Origin: the human T2T-CHM13v2.0 reference genome, Homo sapiens
Strand: one strand, 5' to 3'
NCBI RefSeq assembly: GCF_009914755.1
Contig: NC_060931.1
DNA: 64,000 nucleotides
Every line of letters starts with the position of its first letter. Position 1 is the first letter of the stretch. Below the pieces are notes generated by a model. It made no database searches and had not been told where the DNA came from. It saw nothing but the letters and a program-made list of their open reading frames with translations. Positions 16,365 to 34,700 of the stretch are shown here, piece by piece. The position numbers and the translations under genes were made by a program.

Positions 16365-17012
16365 AGTAGGTTTAAAGACTTGCCAAGAATCAACTTAAAT
16401 GGTCTGTTTGGTTCTGAATTAGAGGTGACAGTGTAACTAGTGAACATTTTGCTGCTATGAGCCACGGTTAGTATATATTTTGAAGGCTATATTCTTACAT
16501 TTATCTGAATTCACTATTTCCCTGACTCCACCTCTGAGTCTTACAAGAATCAAATATATCTTCTCAGAATGCAACCTTATATTCTGGCAGAGCGGGACCA
16601 TTATAGGTCAAGACGATAGCTAGATCAGGAGAAATAGTGCAAGGCTGAAAACAACCAGAATGGAATTGCAGTTCATGGATTTAGAAACTTCCTATTTCAA
16701 TTCAATCTGTATATCTTCTTTATTTTATTTGTTAGGGAAATTTTATTTTCACTCCTGAGGAATATTGTAATATGATTTTAGTCCAAAATAAATCTTAAAA
16801 TCAACTACACAGAGAAGACTTTATAACACAGTTTCTTTAAATATGTGGCAAATATTCAATTATCTGTATTAAAAGCCTGTAACACTTCATAAAATTAAGA
16901 CAAGGAATTAATAAGTAGGTACCTTGGCAAGATTAAAATGTACTGACCTTTCTCAATTGAGGGTCATTGATTCCTGTGCCATTCACTAAGTTTATTATAA
17001 GGCTTTTTTTGC

Positions 17013-17046
17013 AAAAAAAAAAAAAAAAAAAAAAAAAAGAGAGAGA
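17013..17046. repeat. Poly-A tract followed by (GA)n
   Basis: About 26 A residues, then gagagaga. Confidence 0.9.
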
Positions 17047-20025
17047 TTCCTGAATGCACTTCACGATAAGGGAGTTTTATATATAATGTGCATGTAAGAT
17101 GGTAGTAGAAACAGAAAAGTAAAATTGTCAAAAGTGATGCAGTTCTAGCCTTAGGTTACTCAGTTTCTCTCTCATAGGCTATGCTCTCCGTTTCTCGAGG
17201 CATCTCCATTTTTAGTGCACATATGCTGCGTTCTCTTCTTTCTCCTAACCAATTTCCTCTGCTTACTCATAGTTTCTGCTCTGTCACAATGTTAGCTGGC
17301 ATATGAACCTTCTTAGCCTCTCTTGCCTCTCTTTATACCTTGTTGTTAGCTTCTAAGTCACTGGTCAGCCTATGGTCTGTAGTGTGTAATGTGGGTCAGG
17401 GTCCCTCTTATCCTATCAACCAATCAGCTCTAGATGGGGTAGACAGGGGCACGGGGTTTACAAAGCACTTCCTTTTCAGGAAGGGCTGTGGTCACATTCA
17501 TTCCTTTCAAATGTCAGTTATTGGTAGTACAGGCAATCTGAGTCTTTGTCCATGTGGTGCAATGATAAATAAATAGGTGCATAAGTTAAAAACTATATTT
17601 TGGTTCTCTTTTCTAATTGATGATCTTAAGAAAACATATACATAAGAAATATTTTCTCATCTGTCAAACAGAAACTCATTTGCTCATTTACTAAATAGAT
17701 GTCCTGAAGGCCTATTGCCTGTGAAGCCCTGTGCTGGAATTTGCGGGTCTTGAAAGTTGCTTAAGGAGATTTCCTGCCTTCGAAAGCTTTCTGTAGGGGG
17801 GTGGGGTAGAAGGGTTAGGTATTCAAGCAAACAAGTAAAATATGATGTAGAAAGTGATTTTTCAAGAAGAGAGAAAACTTAAACATATGGTTACTGGAGT
17901 CCAGATTAAAACTAAGTAAATCACAGATAATAATATCTTCTTTCCCATCTTACAGAACTACTAACGTGTTAACTGTTACAATACAGGTACAAGCCTAGAA
18001 GGATGATTTTGGGGAGAACAGAGTTCTACAGAAATACAAGCTGTCTTATGAGTAAATAATAACAGAAATCGTTTACAGGGCAATTTTTTTAAACTGACTT
18101 GAATCACATATTTTTATAAGACTCATATCTTTTTCAATAAAATGTGGCCAAATTTAAGTTCACTTTCCCTTGTATTTTAACAGAAATCTGAACTTCCATT
18201 CAAAGAGAGATAACATGAGAAGCAGAATATATAGTGGTCCAAACTGTGTTGCTCACTATTTTTATGATCATGTACGTGTCTTTGAACATCCAAGGCCTCA
18301 GTCTTCCTTAAAAATATGAGATGATTAGACCAAAGCATCTTAAAGGTCCCTGTGGCCCTGTGATTCTATTGAGCCTGAGCCAATTAGTCAAACAGTTACC
18401 TGTCATTACACAGGCTGTGGTGTACACATACATTTTAGCACCAAACACAATTTAATAACAGGGCACAGAGGCCGCAAAGCCTCCTGATTCTGTTCCATTA
18501 CTAATTTATCAGGGGCTGAAAGCAACCAAACTTAGGATCCCAGGCAGACAATGGAGCCTTTGAGGGGCAAGGGAAGCATCATTTAAAAGGAAAGCATTAC
18601 CATTCTAAAATAATGGCAAAGCACATGAACTGAGTGCTCTGAAAGAGAGCACTACAAAAAAGGTATTCTCAGCTTAAATGCCCCAAACACAAAAGCTTTT
18701 AGTTGGGACTTAGACGGGAAAAAGAAAATAGCTCCCAATAAATTGGTTTTACCAGTATCCTTTTGTGTGTGCTGGTGCCAAGGGGGCGAGGGTACAGGCA
18801 AAGCGTGATTTTCCAAAACCTAGCTGAATTATGTTTCTTCTTTAGAACAAAACCCAACATTTTGCTAATGAGGATAAAGACAGTAAAACTGATATTCCTG
18901 TGCTATTACTAACTTGGGTATTGAAAGATCATTCACACAATAATTGTACCATGTTAGCACTATATTTGCATATCTTCTATTGTCTCCTTTCCTTGATATT
19001 TTGATTTAAAACCAGTAGATAACCATACAGTACCATATATGCATATACAACTTAATAATCTGATGTGCAAGGCAAAATGAGATTAAAAACTGAACACTTC
19101 ATGCTAACCAACTGTTATTTATATGCTATTTTTCATAAACAATGCAAGATGACAGTGTATTTATTTGAAGAACTAGGTAAGTTAATGGTGTGTCAATTTA
19201 AGACAATATAAAACATGTAAAATCTTTTAGCATCCCCAGTCAGGTAGGCAAGGTGTTTGTTCATAGATTCTTGGTACTAACACTCTTTTTGAAAAATTCT
19301 ACACAAATGCCAGGCATCATTATTAGCAATACATATACGTAAAATTATAGGTTTGAAGAAAAATCTCATATGATAAAGAAGAAATGCATTTTATAAATCT
19401 TTATAGGTGGCATAAACTATAAAAAATTGAAGATTTAGTTCAGAAAAACCTATTTTCCAACCATTTTTCTATTGAGATTTATATCTTTGAAGAAGCTATG
19501 CACATAATGACTTCAAGATTCATTGCACAGTAGTTATCTTTATCTGCCATACTGTTAGCACCTCCTTAACTGTATCTATGGTCACTCTACTTTTTTTGCT
19601 TAAAGCAGATGTCCTACATGACTGAAAACATTTTCTCATAGACCCATTAGTGTCTATGAGACATACATAAAAAAGTGAATCCCGTAAGAACTAGGAGATG
19701 ATCTTAATGCATATTGTTGGTTTTTAACTATTTAGCAATTTCACTTATCTTGCAGAAATGGCTGTTGCCCTACCATCCTTAAGTGAAAGATAAGTTTCAA
19801 TTGCAAATTCTTTCTGAATAATGAGTTTGAAAGGAAAAAAAAGATATAAAATGTGTAGGTTTGCATGTTGAGACTAGAGAATCTATTTGGGGGAATACAT
19901 GGAATAGTTGAGTGAAAGGATGCACCTAATAATATCTGATATACCCGGACCAGGAAATGAAGACAATGTGACCAAATGTGTTTGTTACACTATTAGTTCT
20001 GAATTCATTAGAAAGATCACAGTGG

Positions 20026-20458
<433 letters not shown>

Positions 20459-21519
20459 CTATAGTCAGAGCCAAGATATTTATATCAAGTACTGTGGGCT
20501 TTCTGATTTATTACATTGTTGTATTGACACAAGGCAGAAGTGCTAGTTTTGAGAATAATTTGGGATATTAGTTGAATGGTAAATTTTCACGTGATAAGGT
20601 TCAGAAAATAGATTTTAACTGAATGACAACTCTACATACAAATACTGGCTGTATCTCCACTGGCTAAGCTCATTTTTCTTTTGAAAAGGTGTCTTCTAAA
20701 ACTATACAGACATGATACCACTCAGTTGTTACTAGTAAGTAGCTTTAAGTTCATTCTTTGTGTAATTTACTTTTTTAAAATTTAGTTCATATTGAGGTGA
20801 GTATGTATATATGTGTGCAAAAAAGATGTCTGAATATCAGTAATTTCTCATTGTACTAACAGATAATCAAGATGACAATACCTAAGATTATTTACAAACT
20901 TTACTTCAGGAATTACTCTTTTGAGGATTTTAAATTATTAGAAACATATTTGTATTTCATTGTTTTGTGGGAGATTATTCTAGACCTCATGACAAATGTC
21001 CCTTTTTGATACACTTGAGGGGCTTTGGCTAATAGGAGTTCATAAGTTGCTTTGCTCAACTGCAAGACGGTTCCAGGATTTACAGTAGCAGGTGATTGCC
21101 AGTTTGGTCAATGAATGGCTGTTAGCTCCTGAATAGCTCCTCAAAAGAATGTGACAGCCCCATGATCCACATGTTCCTCTGCTCTTGGCACTGTACTCAG
21201 GAGATTCCTTGAAGGTGATACGCAGTGATAGTTTCAGTGTTTGGCAACAGCCTCCAAATTTTATTTTATTTTTTCTCTCGGCAACGACTAATCCTACCTT
21301 AATCCACCTGGCTGGAGTTTTCTTACTAAAATGCAGACCTCCTCAAGTCACTTTCTACTAAACTCTTCAATGAATCCTAGTTACCCCAAACTCAAAATTG
21401 TTGGCATGGCATAAAAGGCCCTCCCTGCTTGCTTTTATATTATCTTTATCACTTGATACCTTTCCGCATTAACATCAGACTTATAGTTTCTCACTCTGTA
21501 TTGTTTCTAACTTTATGTG

Positions 21520-21902
21520 TGTCTTAGTTTGTGCTGCTATTAAAAAATGTCATAGACTGAATGACATAACAATAAAATATTCATCTCTTACAGTTTAGAA
21601 GGCTGGGAAGTCCAAGATCAAGGTGACAGTGAATTTGGTATCTGGTATTTGGTATCTGGTGAGGGCTCTCTTGTTGGTTTGCGTACACTTTCTTCTTGTT
21701 GTGTTCTCAAATGGCAGAAAGAGGGAGAGGGCTCTGGTCTGCTTTTTTTTTCTTATAAAGGCACTAATCCCGTCATAGAGGCTCCACCTTCATTACCTCA
21801 TCTACACTTCATTACCTCTAAAAGGCCTCACCTCTAAATCCTATCACATTGAGGATTAGAAGGTCAAATATGCATTTTTTGGGGGGTGCACTTCAGTCCA
21901 TA

Positions 21903-21905
<3 letters not shown>
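21520..21905 (-). mobile_element. MLT1A-type solo LTR
   Basis: tgtcttagtttgtgctgctat...ggctgggaagtccaagatcaaggtg...ttcagtccatagca; TSD atgtg/gtgtg; internal tandem duplication tttggtatctggt. Confidence 0.9.
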
Positions 21906-21940
<35 letters not shown>

Positions 21941-21953
21941 TGTGTGTGTGCGT
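21906..21953. repeat. (TG)n microsatellite
   Basis: Direct reading. Confidence 0.95.
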
Positions 21954-23649
21954 GTTATAAATGTGATTTCTTCTGTTTGAAATGGCCTTCTCTGTTGTCC
22001 TAGATGAAAGTATTTTCCTTCTTTAAAATACAGATTAAACATCACTTTCTCTGAAGCATCTCTCTGTCACCTCTGGGCAGAAATAATTCACAGTTTTTAT
22101 GTTACCACTGCCTTGAATATACTTAAGTTCTATGTTTATTCTCATGACATTATAGATTTGTTTTGCTTTGTATTGTTTTGTTTTTAAATGTGCATATCTT
22201 CTCATCTTAAGGCAGTTACCATATTTCATACATCTTTATAGTCCCAACTCCTAATACAGGCCCTGGTATAGGGTTGACACACAATAAAAAGTTTTTGTAT
22301 GAATATTTCTTGAAATAATATTGGATTATGAGCATTCTTTTCACCAAGAATGAAACACAAAGTCCTTGGTCACAATTTGACATGAGCCTACTTCTTCAAC
22401 TAATCCAGGCTTACATTTAAATCTTTCCACATTTTTTTTCCTTCTAATAGCTTTTCATGCAGACAGAGGAAAGCAACATTTAACAAGCACTTAATTGCAA
22501 CATGTGGGAATGAGTCAAATAGTGGTCATGTGTGGAACTTTTAATAGCGCCAATTCACATAGGGTCTCTGCTCGCTAGAAAGGCCATGCTTCCTCTGCCT
22601 CAGATATTTGACAGAAGACAAGCAACAGCTGAAACAAATACTGTCTTTAAACAAATCAACTAGCAATTCTTAATAGTGGTAGGTTTAACAATTACATAAT
22701 GTCAGTGATGTCCCACCAGTAACAGATTAGAAGAATTCCAAGTTTGGAAACATCTCTAAAACTAATTCATAATTGCCATGATATGATGATGAGGCCAAAT
22801 TTTGGCACAATGCAAATTTTAAATAACAGAATAAGCTGTCATTTAGTCCTGACTTTGTACAGTAGGTGAGCGTTTAATTAATTCTTATCTAATTCATAGA
22901 GTAAAGAAATTACTCTTTACTAACATAAAGACAGATTTCTGAAATCCTCTTCTTGCTTTTAGTTGCTAGCCTCACATACTATAGTGATAGACCTATTCGT
23001 ATACAGGGAATATTTGGGGGCTTTTAATATTCAAAAATTAGATGGTACAAAGTTCATATCACTATGAGGCAAATCACTGAAGCTTTATTCTCAACTTAGC
23101 ACAGTTCCATGTAATCTGCTCTGCTAAGAATTCAGCCTCAGTATTTGGTAACAGAAAAATTTCCAATGATACCACACAGCTCTCCATTCCCTAAAAAAAG
23201 GCAAGTAAATCTATGCATCATTCTCATTGCAGAACTATATATTTTCTTACATTGTATCGACACCACGCAAGCCAACATCTTTTAATAGTTTAATATTTCT
23301 TGCTATTGTACTTCTTTCAAAAAGTATTTTCTCAACCAATAAAGACATGATAAAATATGAATTAAATCAATTACAGTATGTCTACATGATAAAATACTGT
23401 AATGCCATTGCCATCATATTTTTAAAAACATTTCTGACATAAAGGAAATACCCAGAGTACATAAGAGAAAATTTTTGTTCTGCAATATTATATATACATC
23501 ACTATTCTACATTTTTGTAGACTATACATCATATACATGTTAGAAAAATTACTGGAATATATATAGTAAATTATTAGAGCAATCATGCCTAAATTGCATT
23601 ACTATGAATGGTTTCTAATTTTTTGGTGCTTTTAAGTATTATAAAAATA

Positions 23650-23780
23650 GTAGTTATTGATATTTAGCAAATATGTGAGCTACTTTGCTAAGATATTTTA
23701 TATGGATTATCTCACTTAACACAATAACCACATGATGTAGATACTATCATGACCTTTAATTTACAGATAAAGGAAGAAAA
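23650..23780 (-). mobile_element. MIR fragment
   Basis: atggattatctcacttaac...atgatgtagatactatc...ttacagataaaggaa, the MIR core. Confidence 0.7.
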
Positions 23781-23793
23781 CATTTATATTTTT

Positions 23794-25805
<2,012 letters not shown>

Positions 25806-26033
25806 AAAATGTTTATTATTTTAAGAAATGAATTGGAAAGGAGGAGCCAAGACGGCCGAATAGGAACAGCTCAGGTCTACAGCTCCCAGCCTGAGCAACG
25901 CAGAAGACGGGGGATTTCTGCATTTCCATCTGAGATACGGGGTTCATCTCACTAGGGAGTGCCAGACAGTGGGCGCAGGTCAGTGGGTGCACGCACCGTG
26001 AGCGAGCCGAAGCAGGGCGAGGCATTGCCTCAC

Positions 26034-26288
26034 TCAGGAAGCGCAAGGGGTCAGGGAGTTCCCTTTCCTAATCAAAGAAAGGGGTGACGGACGGCACCTG
26101 GAAAATCGGGTCACTCCCACCCGAATACTGCGCTTTTCCGATGGGCTTAAAAAATGGCGCACCACGAGATTATATCCCGCACGTGGCTCGGAGGGTCCTA
26201 CCCCCACGGAGTCTCGCTGATTGCTAGCACAGCAGTCTGAGATCAAACTGCAAGGCGGCAGCCAGGCGGGGGGAGGGGCGCCCACCAT
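26034..26288 (-). CDS. ORF0: L1 antisense ORF0, uninterrupted, 84 aa
   Basis: MVGAPPPAWLPPCSLISDCCASNQRDSVGVGPSEP...VGVTRFSRC matches primate L1 ORF0; ATG at 26288. Confidence 0.75.
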   Translation of the reverse strand: MVGAPPPAWLPPCSLISDCCASNQRDSVGVGPSEPRAGYNLVVRHFLSPSEKRSIRVGVTRFSRCRPSPLSLIRKGNSLTPCAS

Positions 26289-26500
26289 TGCCCAGGCTTG
26301 ATTAGGTAAACAAAGCAACTGGGAAGCTCCAACTGGGTGGAGCCCACCACAGCTCAAGGAGGCCTGCCTGCCTCTGTAGGCTCCACCTCTGGGGGCAGGG
26401 CACAGACAAACAAAAAGACAGCAGTAACCTCTGCAGACTTAAATGTCCCTGTCTGACAGCTTTGGAGAGAGCAGTGGTTCTCCCAGTACGCAGCTGGAGA

Positions 26501-26637
26501 TGAAATTCTGGGTTGAAAATTCTTTTCTTTAAGAATGTTGAATATTGGCCCCCACTCTCTTCTGGCTTGTAGGGTTTCTGCTGAGAGATCCGCTGTTAGT
26601 CTGTTGGGCTTCCCTTTGAGGGTAACCCGACCTCAAA
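26501..26637 (-). other. Templated insertion: antisense L1 ORF1 fragment inside the L1 5'UTR
   Basis: 26501-26633 is the reverse complement of 27581-27713 (4 mismatches); absent from the sister L1 (gagatctgagaacgggcag at about 60887-60905). Confidence 0.97.
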
Positions 26638-26870
26638 GGCAGACTGCCTCCTCAAGTGGGTCCCTCACCCCTGACCCCCGAGCAGCCTAACTGGCAGGCA
26701 CCCTCCAGCAGGGGCACACTGACACCTCACACTGCAGGGTACTCCAACAGACCTGCAGCTGAGGGTCCTGTCTGTTAGAAGGAAAACTAACAAACAGAAA
26801 GGACATCCACAACAAAAACCCGTCTGTACATCACCATCATCAAAGACCAAAAGTAGATAAAACCACAAAG

Positions 26871-27923
26871 ATGGGGAAAAAAACAGAACAGAAAAACTGG
26901 AAACTCTAAAAATCAGAGCGACTCTCCTCCTCCAAAGGAACGCAGCTCCTCACCAGTAACGGAACAAAGCTGGACGGAGAATGACTTTGACAAGCTGAGA
27001 GAAAAGGCTTCAGTCGATCAAATTACTCTGAGCTATGGGAGGACATTCAAACCAAAGGCAAAGAAGTTGAAAACTTTGAAAAAAATTTAGAAGAATGTAT
27101 AACTAGAATAACCAATACAGAGAAGTGCTTAAAGGAGCTGATGGAGCTGAAAACCAAGGCTCGAGAACTACGTGAGGAATGCAGAAGCCTCAGGAGCTGA
27201 TGCGATCAACTGGAAGAAAGGGTATCAGCAATGGAAGATGAAATGAATGAAATGAAGCGAGAAGGAAAGTTTAGAGAGAAAAGAATAAAAAGAAACGAGC
27301 AAAGCCTCCAAGAAATATGGGACTATGTGAAAAGACCAAATCTACGTCTGATTGGTGTACCTGAAAGTGATGGGGAGAATGGAACCGAGTTGGAAAACAC
27401 TCTGCAGGATGTTATCCAGGAGAATTTCCCCAATCTAGCAAGGCAGGCCAACGTTCAGATTCAGGAAATACAGAGAACGCCACAAAGATACTCCTCGAGA
27501 AGAGCAACTCCAAGACACATAATTGTCAGATTCACCAAAGTTGAAATGAAGGAAAAAATGTTAAGGGCAGCCAGAGAGAAAGGTCGGGTTCCCCTCAAAG
27601 GGAAGCCCATCAGACTAACAGCGGATCTCTCGGCAGAAACCCTACAAGCCAGAAGAGACTGGGGGCCAATATTCAACATTCTTAAAGAAAAGAATTTTCA
27701 ACCCAGAATTTCATATCCAGCCAAACTAAGCTTCATAAGTGAAGGAGAAATAAAATACTTTACAGACAAGCAAATGCTGAGAGATTTTGTCACCACCAGG
27801 CCTGCCCTAAAAGAGCTCCTGAAGGAAGGGCTAAACATGGAAAGGAACAACCGGTACCAGCCACTGCAAAATCATGCCAAAATAGAAAGACCATCGAGAC
27901 TAGGAAGAAACTGCATCAACTAA
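26871..27923 (+). pseudogene. L1 ORF1p (RNA-binding chaperone), disrupted
   Basis: ATG at 26871 with an extra A in the A-run, a 1-nt deletion near 27003, TGA at 27198-27200; normal stop lost (aaaatagaaaga), so it reads through to 27923. Confidence 0.93.
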
Positions 27924-27950
27924 CGAGCAAAATCACCAGCTAACATCATA

Positions 27951-31774
<3,824 letters not shown>

Positions 31775-34700
31775 ACAATGAGATTGCATGGACACAGGAA
31801 GGGGAACATCACACTCTGGGGACTGTTTTGGGGTGGGGGGAGGGGGGAGGGATAGCATTGGGAGATATACCTAATGCTAGATGACGAGTTAGTGGGTGAA
31901 GCACACCAGCATGGCACATGTATATGTATGTAACTAACCTGCACAATGTGCACATGTACCCTAAAACTTAAAGTATGATAATAAAAAAATAAAAAAATAA
32001 TAAAAAAAGAAATGTATTGGAAAATTATACTGCTAAACCTTACTTAGTGAGTGATATTTTCTCACTCTGCATCCTTAGAGACCATTATTTCTTTACATTG
32101 AATCAAAAATAACATGATTTACTCCTATTTCCTAATATATGCATCTCATTGATTTGACCATATAGGTATACTCTGCCCTAGCAGGGCTCCTAAAATATAC
32201 TGCCATTAGGTGGGTGCTACAAAGTTGAAAAAGACGTGCAACTTACTAGCTTGTGCAGAGGCAAGTCACTGATTGAGTCTGCCACAATTACTGCTCTAAT
32301 AGAGGGGCTACAAATTACTATTGGAGCAAAGAGGTGGGAGGATGTAGTAAGTAAATGTCTCATACAGAAATGCCCTTTTCACTGGTGTTTCAGCTGCTCA
32401 TCCTGTTCATCTTTCTCAAGGCATTACAAGTGCAGAAGTCTGAGTGAAGACAAAAAAGCCTAAAATTAAATATACACTGATTTAGCAAAAGCCAATAAAA
32501 TATTATTTTCAGCTGAAAGTCTCACAGACTACTTCATGGATGAAGTATCAGTTGGGCTGGGCTCACTGAAGGTTGTACTAAACTGCACCTGATAATTCAC
32601 ATTGTATATTAATTGGACACTAATATGTGCCAAAGGATAGATATGAAATGCTTTTTATATTTGAAAACAATTATGAAATATATTTTTGGAAGGTACATCT
32701 ATGTATGTAGGAAGATGTTATATAAATGATTTAGAGAAACAAAGAACACAGTTATGAGACAAATCCATATTTAGCATATTTGAGAAATCCTTGGCCTTAA
32801 AATCCCTAATGGCAGTCAGCATTTTTGGAGTAGGTTCAAATACTTAAATATCACATCTTCTTTGTGCTTAAAAAAATACAAAGAAAACCCTGTGTTTGGA
32901 TCTACCTTTTCTCTATTACTAGAAATTGTATGCATCAATAGATCAGTATAGGTTTTTGTTGTAGTTGTTTTCTAACTCCCTTTAGAAGGTGACAGAAATT
33001 AAAGGCTGGAGATCTCCTTGCCTATTGACTCACAAAGTTTGCAATGTCAGAAATCATTATTTATAATTAATGCCAGTGTACAACCAAGCATTCTCCTCAA
33101 CCAGCGGCTGTCTGTAACCATAAAGAAATTTTAGGGAAGCCCTACATGAAATCTATCTTATAGATTTCACACAACACCTGTGAGTCAGCCTTGCCCAGGG
33201 CTATGTCATTTCACTTCCTATCTGTCTGAAAAATGTGCCTCACTGAGAGGGCATAATACTTTGGAAGGGCAGAGTATTTATAACTGAAGACACGCCATAT
33301 AGCTTCACATGTTAGCATGGTGACGATATCAATTTTTTGGCATCTAAACTTTGAATAGTGAAAGAATACAGAGAATGTATTACTTGGGTACTAAAGTCTG
33401 CTCTAAAGGATGTAAGATAAATCAAGATTTGGAATTGGATGTTAGAATCTCTTATGGTTAACTATTGCTATTTTAAAATGGGAAATATGTCTGAATTAGG
33501 AATTGGGTAAATAGTCACATAATGGAAAAGTTTGCTTGTGAACTTATATCTGACTTTGTTACTTATACTCAGTACTTTTCTTTGCCCTAAATTCTCATTT
33601 TTGCAGTCCTTTAAATATGCTATAAAATACATGTTTTTCAAGTCTTTCTGGATAGGAAACTTTCCTAAGTTTATGGAACATTAAATGTCTGGATAATTTC
33701 TGAGATTCCAGACTGTGTTTCAATAACTGTAGTTATAAATACATAAGCATATTATAACTTAACATATTTTGGTTATTATTAGAATTATAAAATATGTGCC
33801 AACAACCTAAGATGGTTTTAGAAAAATGTTTCAATGGACAAAAAGGCATGAACAATATGACATTTTTTCACCTGCAACCAACACATTCGCCACTTACATT
33901 ACCTTTCCTATTGGTCACATCTTCCTATATAAGGTGATATATATACACATATTAACTTTTACAACAAAACGTGTTATTTTTGGTGTATGTGGGGGTGGGG
34001 GAAAAGCAGGCCCATGTGATCTCTACCATTTCTTTCAGCATTAAAATTCTGTGACTGTGATGTAAACTACAGTATTTTTGTCCATTAGAAAAGCAGATTT
34101 GTGAACTTATTATTACAGAATTATTAATCAGACCCTAAAGACTCTAGAATTCCAACATAACAGAATAAAATTTAGGTTTTGAGCATGTTGAATATATCTG
34201 ATTTTAAAAATTGAAACTAGAGGGTTTAAGATTTTATTGATCCCTCTACCATCTGTCCTTTTAAAACATTTTAATGGGTTCTCGGGTTCTACATTTCAGT
34301 GTATCTCTTCTGTTAAGATTAGCTTTATCTCAATGAAATCGGGTTTGTGATGCTACTTTTTCTTATATCTAGAATTTTTAATAGAAAATTTCTAGGAATT
34401 TCTAAGTTGTTCTAAATGATTTTTATCATGGTTGGCATTTGGTAAATGCACAATGAAGATTTGTTGAATTAATATGAACTTATTTTCCTATAGTTGTCTT
34501 TTACTTATTTCTACCGCACGGTCTACATGACTGATAATGAAACTGTGTCACTATAAATACAAGAGTAGTATCTGTGGTTAATGTGATATTAGACCCTCAA
34601 CAGGAATACACAGACAACTGATAGACTTCAATCAAAGCTTTAAAGTTAAGCATGTTCTTAAACTAGGTGAGGAGTCATGAAGATGGAAAATAGAAAAGTA

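Larger units (their letters stand above)
21300..22305 (+). mobile_element. L2 3' region interrupted by an MLT1A LTR
   Basis: ggcatggcataaaaggccct ... catcactttctctgaagcatc ... cctaatacaggccctggtataggg...gtatgaat. Confidence 0.6.

Noticed and set aside
18772-18790. CTCF-like agggggcg motif (also ccattaggtgggtg near 32203)
   Set aside because: Only half the consensus matches in each case
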